From contig JAPLFQ010000015.1 of assembly GCA_026390595.1 (NCBI GenBank), positions 42,024 to 106,023 on the forward strand: a stretch of 64,000 bases of DNA, read 5' to 3'. The position numbers and the translations under genes were made by a program. The notes below the pieces were generated by a model. It did no database searches. It was not told the DNA's origin and was given only the letters and a program-made list of their open reading frames with translations. The stretch comes from Ignavibacteriales bacterium (GTDB lineage Bacteria > Bacteroidota > Ignavibacteria > UBA10030). Positions 49,935 through 60,548 of the stretch are shown piece after piece. Positions within the stretch are counted from its first letter, which is position 1; every line of letters starts with the position of its first letter.

Positions 49935-50492
49935 ATGGATAGTACGGGCACCACTCCGCAACATCCCTCAATAGCAATGATCGGATGGACGACTGTCATA
50001 GCGTCGGCCGTCATGATTGTCATCGATGTGTTGAGCCTTCTGAGCTCAACGATGCTCGACACACTGGATCTCAGTGGTTCTATGCCGTTGCTTTCACAGT
50101 ACGTCCCGGACTCGACGAAAACCGTGGTCAATCTCTTTCGCTACAGCCGATGGTGGACCGGATACGGGATACTGTTCTTCGGCTTCGTGCTGGTTGCCGG
50201 GCTCCAGTTTCTGCGGCTGCGGGCCTGGGGGCGAAAGGCGCTCGAAATTGCGTGCTGGGTTGGGATGTTTAATGCCGTCGTTGACACGCTGCTGAGTTAC
50301 CTGATCTGGCAGAATATGCAGGAAACACTCTCCATGGCTCTGCGCGGACTTGGGGGCGGGCAGTATTCCTACCTCAATCCGTTGGGGCTTTTCACAATTG
50401 TGCTTGGCTTTCTGCTGTGGATCGTCCCCTCATTGGCGATGATTGTGTACCTGCGAAGGCCGATAATCAGGCAAACGGTAAGTCTACAGTGA
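49935..50492 (+). CDS. hypothetical membrane protein (4 TM)
   Basis: Four predicted hydrophobic helices. No family assignment. Alternative start at 49977. Confidence 0.4.
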   Translation: MDSTGTTPQHPSIAMIGWTTVIASAVMIVIDVLSLLSSTMLDTLDLSGSMPLLSQYVPDSTKTVVNLFRYSRWWTGYGILFFGFVLVAGLQFLRLRAWGRKALEIACWVGMFNAVVDTLLSYLIWQNMQETLSMALRGLGGGQYSYLNPLGLFTIVLGFLLWIVPSLAMIVYLRRPIIRQTVSLQ

Positions 50493-50530
50493 TCATTGAG
50501 CAAGAATTCCCGACAAGGAGAATCCGAACG

Positions 50531-52039
50531 ATGACCCGCCCCTGCGTCATGCTGTCTCTCACAGTTGTTGTTCTTGTGCTCGCATGCACCAGCATCGCCG
50601 TTGCGCAGAATGAACCCTTCACCGGTTTGAACAATTACGTCTCCAAGGCAATGAAGGAGTGGGACACACCGGGGCTCGCGCTTGCGATCGTCAGGAATGA
50701 TTCCGTCATATTCATGAGGGGTTATGGAGTGAAGAAGATGGGGGAGAACGATCCCGTGACGCCGAGAACGATCTTCGCGATCGCCTCCACCACCAAGGCG
50801 ATGACGGCGGCATGCGTGGGCATGCTTGTGGACAGCGCGAAAATCAAATGGGACGACCCGGTTACCAAGTTTCTCCCATGGTTTCAACTATCCGACCCGT
50901 ATGTCACGCGCGAGCTGACGGTGCGGGACCTCCTCTGTCACCGAAGCGGCCTCGAACGGGGAGACAATCTGTGGTATTTCTCTCCCTATAGCCGCGAGGA
51001 AGTGCTTCGCCGCGTTCGATTCCTGAAACCTGCGTGGAGCTTCAGGAGCAGATACGGGTATCAGAACATCATGTTTGTCGCCGCCGGACAGATCATCCCT
51101 TCGGTGACAAATATGACGTGGGACGATTTCGTCGCTCAACGGTTGTTCACGCCGCTTGGCATGACAAGGACGAATACGAGTGTCAAATATCTTTCTTGCA
51201 TGGATGACGTGGCGACGCCGCATGAGAAGATCGATGAAAAGATGCAGCCTGTCGTCTGGCCCAACTTCGATAACGTCGGGTCCGCCGGGGCAGTCAACTC
51301 CTGTGTGCAGGACATGGCGCAATGGGTTCGACTCAACCTGAATGGCGGGGTCTACAAAGGGAAGCGGCTCATCAGCGCAGACGTCATCAAGGAGATGCAG
51401 ACGCCTCAAACCATCATCCGCATCGACTCGCTTGATCAGGCCCTCCGTCCTTCGAATCATTTTGCCGCGTATGGTTTTGGGTGGACCTTGCGGGACTATC
51501 TTGGACGTAAACTCATCCAGCACGACGGTGCCCTCGACGGCATGCGGGCCCGCGTGGTGTTTGTGCCGGAAGAGAAGCTTGGGTTCGTCATTCTCATGAA
51601 CTCTCAAAACACCAATCTCCATGCCTCGATCGCGTACCGGATTCTCGACCACTATCTCGGAGGAGCAACGCGCGATTGGAGCAGCGAGTTGCTGAAAATT
51701 GTAAAGGACCAGGAAGAAAAGGACAAGGCAGAGGAAAAGAAGACCATCGACGGCAGAGTGAAAGGGACCAAACCATCGCTGGCGCTGGAAGAGTACGCAG
51801 GGACGTACGACAACGAGATGTATGGGCCAGTCACGGTCAAGGTGGACAGCGGCAAGCTTGCGATGGACTTCTATCCCACTTATTCCGGCAAATCGGAGCA
51901 TTGGCACTTTGACACGTTTCAGGTGCGTTGGAACGACCGGTCCCTGGACAAAGACATGATTACGTTTGTTCTCGGACCTGACGGCAAGGCGGCTGAATTG
52001 CGCTGGCAGGGGTTCACAACATTCAAGAAAACCAAATAG
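50531..52039 (+). CDS. serine hydrolase, beta-lactamase/PBP4*-family
   Basis: Signal peptide; SxxK motif in FAIASTTKAMT; YxN-like and downstream blocks; about 500 aa with a C-terminal lipocalin-like extension. Confidence 0.8.
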   Translation: MTRPCVMLSLTVVVLVLACTSIAVAQNEPFTGLNNYVSKAMKEWDTPGLALAIVRNDSVIFMRGYGVKKMGENDPVTPRTIFAIASTTKAMTAACVGMLVDSAKIKWDDPVTKFLPWFQLSDPYVTRELTVRDLLCHRSGLERGDNLWYFSPYSREEVLRRVRFLKPAWSFRSRYGYQNIMFVAAGQIIPSVTNMTWDDFVAQRLFTPLGMTRTNTSVKYLSCMDDVATPHEKIDEKMQPVVWPNFDNVGSAGAVNSCVQDMAQWVRLNLNGGVYKGKRLISADVIKEMQTPQTIIRIDSLDQALRPSNHFAAYGFGWTLRDYLGRKLIQHDGALDGMRARVVFVPEEKLGFVILMNSQNTNLHASIAYRILDHYLGGATRDWSSELLKIVKDQEEKDKAEEKKTIDGRVKGTKPSLALEEYAGTYDNEMYGPVTVKVDSGKLAMDFYPTYSGKSEHWHFDTFQVRWNDRSLDKDMITFVLGPDGKAAELRWQGFTTFKKTK

Positions 52040-52096
52040 AATTCATGAAAAGGGTCTCCCGCCGAAGACCTAATGTTGATTCGTGTTGCATCGTGG

Positions 52097-52124
52097 AAAG
52101 GGCAGGTTCTTATCTGCCCTTTTT
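52097..52124 (+). terminator. rho-independent terminator after the beta-lactamase-family gene
   Basis: aaagggcag-gttcttat-ctgcccttt stem followed by ttc; T-run partly inside the stem. Confidence 0.55.
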
Positions 52125-52379
52125 CATTCCGGAGCGCCTCTTGATGCTTCCTCGCTTGGCTTCAGGTACTCTGTTGAAACCAGCGATCCATTCGCGTCTT
52201 TATGAACTGTGTTGACACGACTTCGTGGCGTTTCCCTGGCCTGAGAGTGCAGAGGGTTTTTCTTCGCACCAAATTTGACTATATTCCCGTGTCGCACGGC
52301 GATCAGTACCTTGATTTCGCCACATCATGATTTTGCGATCTTAGAACGTTCTTTCAAGAACTCCGACTGAATTCGAACT

Positions 52380-53390
52380 GTGACTGAAACAAGAATCCTT
52401 CCCGTCTCTTCCCGTGCTCCCGATCCTGATGTGATCGCGCAGGCAGCCGGCGTTCTTCGCCAGGGGGGGCTCGTGGCATTTCCTACAGAGACCGTGTACG
52501 GTCTCGGGGCGGATGTGCTCAGCGCCGACGCGGTGAGGAAGGTGTTTTCCGTCAAGGGTCGCCCGCCCGACAATCCGCTGATTGTTCATGTGGCAGGGAC
52601 CAAGATGCTCGACGACGTCGTCGATGAAATCCCTGACAAGGGGAAGATGCTCGGGGAAGCGTTCTGGCCGGGTCCGCTGACGCTCGTTATGAAGCGCACG
52701 ATCCTCGTCTCCGATCTCGTTACAGCCGGACTCGACACGGTAGCCGTGCGTATGCCCGATCATCCGGTGGCGCTGGCCCTGATTCGGGCGTTCGGTGAGG
52801 GGATCGTCGGTCCGAGTGCCAACCTCTCAGGAAAACCGAGCCCTACCACTGCACAGCACGTCTATGATGATTTGCGCGGGCAAATCGAGTTGATCCTCGA
52901 TGCCGGTCAGACCACGATCGGTGTTGAATCAACAGTGGTCGATGTGACCGTAGATCCGCCGGTCATTCTTAGATTAGGCGGCTTGACGAGGGAGCGGATC
53001 GAAGAGGTGATCGGACCAGTCGAGACTGACACAACCGGAGAGCGCTCCAAGCGATCCCCGGGGAGTCGTCACCGCCACTATGCCCCCAAAGCGAAGGTTC
53101 TTCTGGTGCGCCAGGACGACCAGGCCGCATTTGCCGCAATTTTGCAGGAACAACGCCAGGCGGGAAAGCAGGTCGGCTGTATCGTCCATTCTGCTCTCCT
53201 CGCGAAATTGGAATCGGGCGAGTCCTATCGTGTTCTCCCCTCATCCATCGACATCTTTGCCCGGTACTTGTTCCGTACGCTTCGAGAGCTTGATGCGATG
53301 CATGTGGATGTCATCGTCATTGAAGGTGTTCACGAAGATGGCCTTGGTGCCACCGTGATGGATCGGCTGCGCCGCGCTGAACAAGGATAA
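52380..53390 (+). CDS. tsaC: L-threonylcarbamoyladenylate synthase (Sua5/YrdC long form)
   Basis: GGLVAFPTETVYGLGAD, KGRPPDNPLIVHV and FWPGPLTLV blocks, plus the Sua5 C-terminal domain. Confidence 0.85.
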   Translation: MTETRILPVSSRAPDPDVIAQAAGVLRQGGLVAFPTETVYGLGADVLSADAVRKVFSVKGRPPDNPLIVHVAGTKMLDDVVDEIPDKGKMLGEAFWPGPLTLVMKRTILVSDLVTAGLDTVAVRMPDHPVALALIRAFGEGIVGPSANLSGKPSPTTAQHVYDDLRGQIELILDAGQTTIGVESTVVDVTVDPPVILRLGGLTRERIEEVIGPVETDTTGERSKRSPGSRHRHYAPKAKVLLVRQDDQAAFAAILQEQRQAGKQVGCIVHSALLAKLESGESYRVLPSSIDIFARYLFRTLRELDAMHVDVIVIEGVHEDGLGATVMDRLRRAEQG

Positions 53391-53465
53391 TCGAGAAGCC
53401 TGCTTTCCCGCCCTCAATTTTTTGGTTCTTTTTCCGATTTTCCGGTATATTCATACTGAACAATT

Positions 53466-54194
53466 ATGAGTCACCATAGCCACGATCATATCGGTGTCAT
53501 CGAGGGATTCGCGAGGCTCGACGTCCGGCGGGCCGAGCGCACGGGAATTCCCGAGGCGATTTTTGCCGAGGGGAAGACGGTTGCCCAGGTTGTTGAGGCC
53601 CTGCGCCGCATGGGAGAAGCGTCCGGCATCGCTCTGGCGACACGCGTGAGCGAGGAGTTTGCGAAAGCTATCCGGCGTGGACTGGGGAGAAAATTCCTGA
53701 TTGAGCAGAACGCACTTGGCCGCACGATGGTTGTCCGCAAAAAGGGCGTGGCCACCAAGCCGACGGGGGGAAGCATAGCAATTCTGGCCGCGGGAACGTC
53801 TGATATCCCGACGGCGGAAGAAGCACGGGTGACTGCAGAAGTGATGGGGTGCAAAGTCGTTGCGCATTATGATGTCGGCATTGCCGGTATTCATCGGCTT
53901 CTGGAACCTCTGCAGGAAATCCTCTCGAGCGGTGTGTCGGCGATTGTTGTCGTTGCTGGGATGGAAGGAGCTTTACCATCCGTTGTCAGGGGGCTTGTGA
54001 GTGTCCCGGTCATCGGCGTTCCGACGAGCACTGGCTATGGCTACGGCGGCCATGGTCAGGCCGCACTTATGACGATGCTGCAGTCGTGCGCTCCCGGCTT
54101 GACCGTCGTGAATATTGATAATGGATTTGGCGCAGGAGCGACCGCAGCACTCATCGCCAATCAGGTTGCTTTGGCCCGGGCGTCGTCTGCATAG
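53466..54194 (+). CDS. larB: LarB-like PurE-fold protein (nickel-pincer cofactor biosynthesis carboxylase/hydrolase)
   Basis: C-terminal PurE-like core ([28 protein letters not shown]...[28 protein letters not shown]) with an N-terminal extension, as in LarB. Confidence 0.7.
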   Translation: MSHHSHDHIGVIEGFARLDVRRAERTGIPEAIFAEGKTVAQVVEALRRMGEASGIALATRVSEEFAKAIRRGLGRKFLIEQNALGRTMVVRKKGVATKPTGGSIAILAAGTSDIPTAEEARVTAEVMGCKVVAHYDVGIAGIHRLLEPLQEILSSGVSAIVVVAGMEGALPSVVRGLVSVPVIGVPTSTGYGYGGHGQAALMTMLQSCAPGLTVVNIDNGFGAGATAALIANQVALARASSA

Positions 54195-54243
54195 CTTTTA
54201 CAATTCAATCAAATCCTCTTTCTACTCCGAGAAGAAAAACACT

Positions 54244-54744
54244 ATGGTTCCCAAGCGTAAGACAAGCGACGAGCGCCCGCTCGTTGGCATCATGATGGGG
54301 AGCGCATCAGATCTTGAGGCGGTTGAGCCTGCCCGAACGATTCTGAAGGAATTCGGAATCCAGTGCGAAATGAAGGTCCTCTCTGCGCACCGTACTCCGG
54401 ATCAGGCTCTGAGGTACGCTGCTGAAGCAGAATCGCGCGGCATCGAGGTCATCATCGCCGCTGCCGGGGGGGCCGCTCATTTACCCGGCGTTGTGGCAGC
54501 CAAGACCCTGCTTCCTGTGATCGGAATTCCCATCAAATCAAAAGCTCTGAACGGTTTGGACTCGCTCCTTTCCATCGTTCAAATGCCTGCCGGTATTCCT
54601 GTCGCTACAGTCGCAATTGACGGCGCGGCAAATGCTGCACTTCTGGCAGTGACAATCATGGCCGGCAAACATCCGGAACTGCGTGCAAAGCTCAAGAAAT
54701 ACCGCAAGACTCTGGAAGAGAAAGTCCTCAGCGCAAAAGTATAG
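54244..54744 (+). CDS. purE: 5-(carboxyamino)imidazole ribonucleotide mutase
   Basis: [14 protein letters not shown]...SAHRTPD...[27 protein letters not shown] is the canonical PurE sequence. The ORF is open from 54115; start trimmed to the M at 54244. Confidence 0.85.
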   Translation: MVPKRKTSDERPLVGIMMGSASDLEAVEPARTILKEFGIQCEMKVLSAHRTPDQALRYAAEAESRGIEVIIAAAGGAAHLPGVVAAKTLLPVIGIPIKSKALNGLDSLLSIVQMPAGIPVATVAIDGAANAALLAVTIMAGKHPELRAKLKKYRKTLEEKVLSAKV

Positions 54745-54879
54745 ACAGTATACCGAAGCTGTTCGTTCTGGAATGCTGCTCCCGCAACGTCCTGGTCCGA
54801 GACAACACAGATTCGCAGCCGGGATCAGATGCACTCTTGGTCACCCAATCGATATCGTACTGTTATGAAGGAGGCTCCT

Positions 54880-55674
54880 ATGCTCAGGAAATCTGTCGTT
54901 CTGCTCGCTCTCATTACAACGTCCATCATGCTTGCAGGATGCGGCAAAACAAAAACTTCGATTACGCTCGCTGGCTCAACTGCGTTTCAGCCGTTTGCAG
55001 AGAAGTTGGCCGATCAATATATGAAGGCACACCAGAGTGCTGCAATCACGGTTCAGGGAGGTGGTTCAGCAGTCGGTGTTCAGTCGGCGATCTCCGGTGC
55101 GGCACAAATCGGAATGGCTGACCTGGTGGAACTGCCGCCGGAAGCGAAACAGCTGACTGCCACGATCGTTGCCAGGGATGGCATAGCGTTGGTTCTCAAT
55201 CCAGCCAACAATGTCATGAATCTCACGATGCAGCAAGTCCGGGATGTGTTCAACGGCAAGATCAAGAACTGGAAAGAAGTCGGAGGCGCGAACGCCGCGA
55301 TTACTGTGGTCTCTCGCGAAGCGGGCTCCGGTACCCGGACGTCATTTGAACAGATTGTGAAGGACATCACCTTGACCAAGGACGCGCTGATTCAGGATTC
55401 CAATGGGACGATTCGGGAAACAGTCGCGAACGATCCAAATGCGGTCGGCTATTTGTCTCATGGGCTTCTGAATGCGAAAATCAAGGCCATCAAGATCGAC
55501 GAACAGGAATGCACGACGGATCTTATTGCCGCGGGGAACTACAAGCTCGTCAGACCGATCTATCTTCTCGTCAAAGGAGATCCGCAGGGAGAGGTCAAGA
55601 ACTTCATTGACTATATTCTTTCCGAGGAAGGGCAAAAGACGATCAAATCCAACGGTCTGATTCCCGCAAAGTGA
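54880..55674 (+). CDS. pstS: phosphate ABC transporter substrate-binding protein
   Basis: GGAGG upstream; lipobox LAGC; GSGTRTSFE and PstS-family blocks. Confidence 0.85.
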   Translation: MLRKSVVLLALITTSIMLAGCGKTKTSITLAGSTAFQPFAEKLADQYMKAHQSAAITVQGGGSAVGVQSAISGAAQIGMADLVELPPEAKQLTATIVARDGIALVLNPANNVMNLTMQQVRDVFNGKIKNWKEVGGANAAITVVSREAGSGTRTSFEQIVKDITLTKDALIQDSNGTIRETVANDPNAVGYLSHGLLNAKIKAIKIDEQECTTDLIAAGNYKLVRPIYLLVKGDPQGEVKNFIDYILSEEGQKTIKSNGLIPAK

Positions 55675-55700
55675 ACTGACGTATTCCATCAAGGTATTCG

Positions 55701-56558
55701 ATGAGTCTGATCGGTGACAAAGGGGTTCAGAGAATCCTTTCGGTGACGGCCTTCTCGGCGATTTCAGCGCTCCTCCTCATTGCTCTCTTCATTCTCAATG
55801 AGGGATTGCCCTTCATTTTCCGCTACGGCCTCCATGATTTCCTCCTCTTGTCCGACTGGAATCCCCAAGCAGGGAAGTTCGGTATCTATCCCATGGTGGC
55901 AGCATCGCTGTGGGTGACATTTGGCGCCATGATTGTCGGCGCGCCATTGGGTGTCGCTGGAGCGATATTCCTCAGCGAATTCGTGCCGAAATCTGTGATG
56001 CACGTGGTCAAGCCCACTATTGAACTTCTCGCAGCCATCCCTTCGGTAGTCTACGGTTTCATCGGCGTGATGGTCCTCGCTCCGCTGATCCGAACCCAAC
56101 TCGGGGGACCCGGTCTCTCTCTTCTCGCGGGCTCGATCATTCTGGGGATCATGATTCTCCCCACTGTCATCAGCATCTCGATCGACTCAATTCAGGCGGT
56201 CCCGCAATCGTACCGTGAAGGATCGTTGGCGCTTGGAGCTACAACCTGGCAGACGATCCACATGGTGACTGTTCGCGCTGCGAAGTCAGGCATCATCGCG
56301 AGCATCATTCTCGGGATGGGACGGGCAATCGGAGAGACAATGGCCGTGATCATGGTCGCCGGCAATTCTGTCAGAATCCCTCAGTCGGCATTGGACTCAG
56401 TGCGGTCGCTGACGGCAAACATAGCGTTGGAAATGAGCTATGCCACCGGACTCCATCGCCAGGCTCTTTTTGCGACCGGTGTCGTTCTCTTCGTCGGCAT
56501 CATTATCCTCAATTCGATCGCCATCGTCGCGTTGAGGAAGAGGGTATACAAGAAATGA
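55701..56558 (+). CDS. pstC: phosphate ABC transporter permease PstC
   Basis: 6-TM permease with EAA-like loop and the PstC family pattern. Overlaps pstA by 4 nt. Confidence 0.85.
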   Translation: MSLIGDKGVQRILSVTAFSAISALLLIALFILNEGLPFIFRYGLHDFLLLSDWNPQAGKFGIYPMVAASLWVTFGAMIVGAPLGVAGAIFLSEFVPKSVMHVVKPTIELLAAIPSVVYGFIGVMVLAPLIRTQLGGPGLSLLAGSIILGIMILPTVISISIDSIQAVPQSYREGSLALGATTWQTIHMVTVRAAKSGIIASIILGMGRAIGETMAVIMVAGNSVRIPQSALDSVRSLTANIALEMSYATGLHRQALFATGVVLFVGIIILNSIAIVALRKRVYKK

Positions 56559-57391
56559 GGATCCATCCAAGATACACGCAACGGCTCGCCGTTACAGCTC
56601 TTGGTGGTGCTACACTGCTCACGCTGGCAGTTCTTGTGTTCATCATTGTTTTTGTGCTCGAGAAAGGCCTGCCGGTTCTGAATTTCAGTTTTCTTCTGAC
56701 TAATCCGGAGGACATGGGAAGGGGAGGGGGGATTTTCACGACAATCGTCGGCACGATGATACTTCCCCTCCTGGCGATTCTCGTTGCCGCCCCACTGGGC
56801 ATTTGCACCGCCGTGTATCTTACCGAATATACTGCCGAGACCAGGGCCACCAGAATAATCCGTTTTGGAACCGACTGTCTGGCAGGCATACCATCAATTA
56901 TCTTCGGCCTGTTTGGCTTCATCTTCTTCGTCACTACGCTTGGCTTGGGTTGGTCAATACTTTCCGGAGCGCTGACGCTTGCGTTCATGATCCTTCCCAC
57001 GATTATCCGAACTACCGAGGAAGCAGTGAAAGCCGTTCCGAAATCCTACCGGCAGGTCAGTTTCTCGCTGGGAGCAACCCGTTGGCAAACCGTGAAGAGA
57101 GTTATTCTGCCCAATGCTCTGCCGGGAATCCTCACGGGAATCATGTTGGGCATTGGCCGCTCGATTGGAGAGACGGCCGCGGTGATCTTTACGGCCGGTT
57201 CGTCTCTTCGCATGCCGACTTCCATATTTGATTCAACCCGGACAATGGCCGTGCACTTTTATATCCTGGCCCGTGAGGGCCTGTCGTCGGAGAATGCGTA
57301 CGGTACAGCGGCGACTCTTATTATCGCTGTCCTTGTCATCAACCTCACTGCCTATTGGATGATGGGCCGCTTTATTGCCAAACGATCTTAA
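56555..57391 (+). CDS. pstA: phosphate ABC transporter permease PstA
   Basis: PstA family permease blocks (GIGRSIGETAAVIFTAG). Confidence 0.85.
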   Translation: MRIHPRYTQRLAVTALGGATLLTLAVLVFIIVFVLEKGLPVLNFSFLLTNPEDMGRGGGIFTTIVGTMILPLLAILVAAPLGICTAVYLTEYTAETRATRIIRFGTDCLAGIPSIIFGLFGFIFFVTTLGLGWSILSGALTLAFMILPTIIRTTEEAVKAVPKSYRQVSFSLGATRWQTVKRVILPNALPGILTGIMLGIGRSIGETAAVIFTAGSSLRMPTSIFDSTRTMAVHFYILAREGLSSENAYGTAATLIIAVLVINLTAYWMMGRFIAKRS

Positions 57392-57401
57392 CCATCAACA
57401 C

Positions 57402-58157
57402 ATGGACTGTAAGTTCGACATACAGAATCTGAACGTGTATTGGGGCGGGAACCTGTTATTGAAAAAGGTCAGCCTCAAGATCCCGTCTTGTCAGATTCTC
57501 GGCGTCATCGGTCCTGCCGGATCAGGGAAGACGACATTCATTCGATCCCTCGACCGGATGAACGAGTTGGAGGCGGGCTTCAGGATGGAGGGGAGGGTGC
57601 TGCTCGACGGCGAAGACATTTATGGATCTGAGTATGATGCCGTCACCTTGCGCAAGAAAGTAGGAATGGTCTTCGCACTCCCCGTCGCGTTACCGATGAG
57701 TATCTACGAGAATGTCGTCTACGGTCCCAGGCTGGCTGGAATTCGGAACCGCGAACGTCTAGACGAACTCGTTGAGCAAAGCTTGAAGGCGGCGTTCATC
57801 TGGAATGAAGTCAAAGACCGGTTGGATTTGTCGGGGCTTCGGCTCTCGGGCGGGCAGCAACAACGCCTTTGCCTCGCCAGAGTTCTGGCGATGGAACCCG
57901 ATGTGATTCTCCTCGACGAGCCATGCTCGGGTCTCGATCCGATTTCTACCGCCAAGATCGAAGACGCTCTGACCGAGTTGAAAAAGAAGTACACGATCAT
58001 CCTTGTAACAAATAACACGAAGCAGGCCGCACGAATCGCGGATCAGACCGCATTTTTCCTGATGGGAGAATTGATCGAGCTTGGTCCGACCGACCGCATC
58101 TTCACCTCTCCCGTTCACAAACAGACTGATGACTACGTTACCGGGAGGTTCGGTTGA
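57402..58157 (+). CDS. pstB: phosphate ABC transporter ATP-binding protein, paralog 1 (degenerate Q-loop and H-loop)
   Basis: Walker [10 protein letters not shown]; signature LSGGQQQRL intact; Walker [12 protein letters not shown]. The Q-loop reads VFALP (Q to A) and the H-loop VTNNTKQ (H to N). Alternative start at 57375. Confidence 0.85.
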   Translation: MDCKFDIQNLNVYWGGNLLLKKVSLKIPSCQILGVIGPAGSGKTTFIRSLDRMNELEAGFRMEGRVLLDGEDIYGSEYDAVTLRKKVGMVFALPVALPMSIYENVVYGPRLAGIRNRERLDELVEQSLKAAFIWNEVKDRLDLSGLRLSGGQQQRLCLARVLAMEPDVILLDEPCSGLDPISTAKIEDALTELKKKYTIILVTNNTKQAARIADQTAFFLMGELIELGPTDRIFTSPVHKQTDDYVTGRFG

Positions 58158-58942
58158 TGACGACGCCTCTCCAGGACGCACGCGTCTCTACCTTCAAGAT
58201 GAAGGTCAATGTCCTTGATCTTTTCTACGGTCAGTTCCAGGCGTTGAAGTCGGTCGACATGTCTGTTCGTAACAATATGATCACCGCCCTGATCGGGCCA
58301 TCGGGATGTGGAAAATCGACGCTTCTTCGCTGTCTCAATCGGATGAACGACCTCATCCCGGGCGTCCGTGTAAAGGGGAAGGTGCTCCTCGACGGTTCGG
58401 ATATTTATGGCTCTTACATCGAAGTCGCGGAATTGAGGAAGCGGGTGGGTATGGTGTTCCAGCGCCCGAACCCCTTTCCGCTTTCGATCTATGACAATGT
58501 CGTATACGGATTAAGAGTGGCGGGCATCCGCAACTCAGCCCGGCTCAGAGAAATTGCAGAACAAAGTCTCCGGGCCGCGTGGTTGTGGGATCCTTTGAAA
58601 GATAAGTTGGATCACCCTGCGCTTGACCTGCCGTTGGATCAGCAGCAACGGCTGTGTGTCGCCAGACTCCTGGCGGTGCAGCCGGAAGTGATCTTGATGG
58701 ATGAACCGTGCTCGGCGTTGGATCCGATAGCCACCATGAAGATTGAGGAGCTGATGCTGGAGTTGAAGAAGAACTATACCATCGTGATCGTGACTCACAA
58801 CATGCAGCAGGCGGCCAGGGTGTCAGACTTCACAGGATACATGCTGCTCGGTGAAATGATCGAGTTCGGCAGAACGGACGACGTCTTTACCAAGCCGTCG
58901 AAGAAATTGACAGAAGATTACATTACGGGCAAGTACGGTTAG
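58154..58942 (+). CDS. pstB: phosphate ABC transporter ATP-binding protein, paralog 2 (degenerate ABC signature)
   Basis: Walker [11 protein letters not shown]-loop VFQRP and H-loop VTHNMQQ are canonical. The signature motif reads LPLDQQQRL instead of LSGGQQQRL. 4-nt overlap with paralog 1. Confidence 0.85.
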   Translation: MMTTPLQDARVSTFKMKVNVLDLFYGQFQALKSVDMSVRNNMITALIGPSGCGKSTLLRCLNRMNDLIPGVRVKGKVLLDGSDIYGSYIEVAELRKRVGMVFQRPNPFPLSIYDNVVYGLRVAGIRNSARLREIAEQSLRAAWLWDPLKDKLDHPALDLPLDQQQRLCVARLLAVQPEVILMDEPCSALDPIATMKIEELMLELKKNYTIVIVTHNMQQAARVSDFTGYMLLGEMIEFGRTDDVFTKPSKKLTEDYITGKYG

Positions 58943-58989
58943 CAATAGCAGCCGGGACGGAGAGGATCTACCATTCAGAGGGGAGCACC

Positions 58990-59679
58990 ATGGATAAGAG
59001 ACATTTCGATGTCGAACTGGACCAGTTGAGGCAGAAGCTGGTCATGATGGCAACCAAAGTCGAAATACTGATCAATCATTCCATTGACGCCATTCGGACG
59101 CGGGATGCCGGCGCGGCCGAAGCCGCGCTCGCAATGGACAAAGAGATTGACCGGATGGAGATTGAGATCGAGGAAGCGGCAATATCTCTCATCGCCCGGT
59201 ATCAACCGGCAGCGGGGGATCTACGGTTCCTTGTCGGCGCCATCAAGATCAACAATGATCTGGAGCGAATCGGTGATCATGGTGTGAACATTGCTCAGAG
59301 CGCCGCCCGACTGGCAGATCGGCCTGATGTCAAGGTGCTGGCCGAGATTCCCTGGATGGCGGGACTGGCTGTGAGTATGCTGAAGGACAGCCTCGACAGC
59401 TTCATCTCCGGGGATCCGGCGAAAGCCCGGGAAGTGTGCACCCGCGACGATCAGGTGGACGACTTGAAGGACCAGATTTTACGGATTGTTTTGACGTTCA
59501 TGATGGAAAAGCCCGACTTCATTTCGTCCGGCATGACTCTTATTCTCGTGGCCCGCAATCTTGAGCGCATTGGCGACCTGGCAACTGACATTTCCGAAGA
59601 AGCCATCTATATCCACCAGGGTAAGGTCATTAAGCACGGGGCAGAGCAGGGATCGGGCGAAGGAAGCACGACTCCTTGA
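58990..59679 (+). CDS. phoU: phosphate signalling complex protein PhoU
   Basis: Two PhoU repeats with the E(D)xxxD metal-binding patterns (AMDKEIDRMEIEIEE; ...ERIGDLATDISEEAIY). Confidence 0.85.
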   Translation: MDKRHFDVELDQLRQKLVMMATKVEILINHSIDAIRTRDAGAAEAALAMDKEIDRMEIEIEEAAISLIARYQPAAGDLRFLVGAIKINNDLERIGDHGVNIAQSAARLADRPDVKVLAEIPWMAGLAVSMLKDSLDSFISGDPAKAREVCTRDDQVDDLKDQILRIVLTFMMEKPDFISSGMTLILVARNLERIGDLATDISEEAIYIHQGKVIKHGAEQGSGEGSTTP

Positions 59680-59880
59680 CGTTGGCCGTAGAATGGAGGC
59701 GAACCTCGGCTCCACTGTCATATCACCAAACATCAGTGCCAGTCGTTCCCTGAATTGAGTATATTGAGGAAGAAACCTCCGTGAAGGTTTGAACTGCTCC
59801 CCCAAGAGGTCAATCTACCCGGCAACCAAAGTCATCGTAACACTGTACTCGACCCACACCACCAGAAACGGAAGACGACC

Positions 59881-60528
59881 GTGAAATTCGACAAGATAAT
59901 CCAGAGGCTTCTGCCTCACGATGAATCATTCTACAAGTTTTTTGCGGAAGCATCACAGAATCTCGTGAATGCCGTGGCGCTTCTCAAGGAGCTCTCCGTC
60001 GCGAAGGAAGGATCAGACCGAGAGAAGCTCATTATGCAGATCAAAGAACTTGAGCACCACGGAGACAATCTGACTCATAAGATCTTCTCCGAGCTCAATG
60101 CGACGTTTGTGACCCCATTCGACCGTGAGGACATTCACCAACTGACATCGGCCCTCGACGACGTCATGGACCATATGGACGGGACAGCCAACCGCATCAC
60201 CCTCTACAAGATCAAAGAGTATCCTGAGCCCATGGTGCGGCTGATTGACATTCTTCAACTGTCAATCGGCGAGCTCCACCGCGGTGTGGGAATGTTGCGG
60301 GATTTGAACAAGGCCAACGAGCTGCAGCGGGTATTTCAGAAAATCAATGAGTACGAAAACAACGCCGACGCGGTGTTTGAACAGGGAGTCGCAGATCTGT
60401 TCGAAAATGAAAAAGACGCGATCCAGGTCATCAAGCTCAAAGAATTGCTCGTCGGTCTGGAGACGGCGACGGATAAATGCGAAGATGCCGCGAACGTTCT
60501 CGAAGGCATCTACATCAAGAACGCGTAA
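59881..60528 (+). CDS. DUF47 family protein (PhoU-like regulator of PiT)
   Basis: TIGR00153-like; immediately upstream of a PiT gene, the conserved pairing. Confidence 0.75.
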   Translation: MKFDKIIQRLLPHDESFYKFFAEASQNLVNAVALLKELSVAKEGSDREKLIMQIKELEHHGDNLTHKIFSELNATFVTPFDREDIHQLTSALDDVMDHMDGTANRITLYKIKEYPEPMVRLIDILQLSIGELHRGVGMLRDLNKANELQRVFQKINEYENNADAVFEQGVADLFENEKDAIQVIKLKELLVGLETATDKCEDAANVLEGIYIKNA

Positions 60529-60548
60529 CCCGAAATCGACAACCCGCC

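Noticed and set aside
50888-51907. 339-aa minus-strand ORF
   Set aside because: Antisense to the beta-lactamase-family gene, which carries the SxxK motif.
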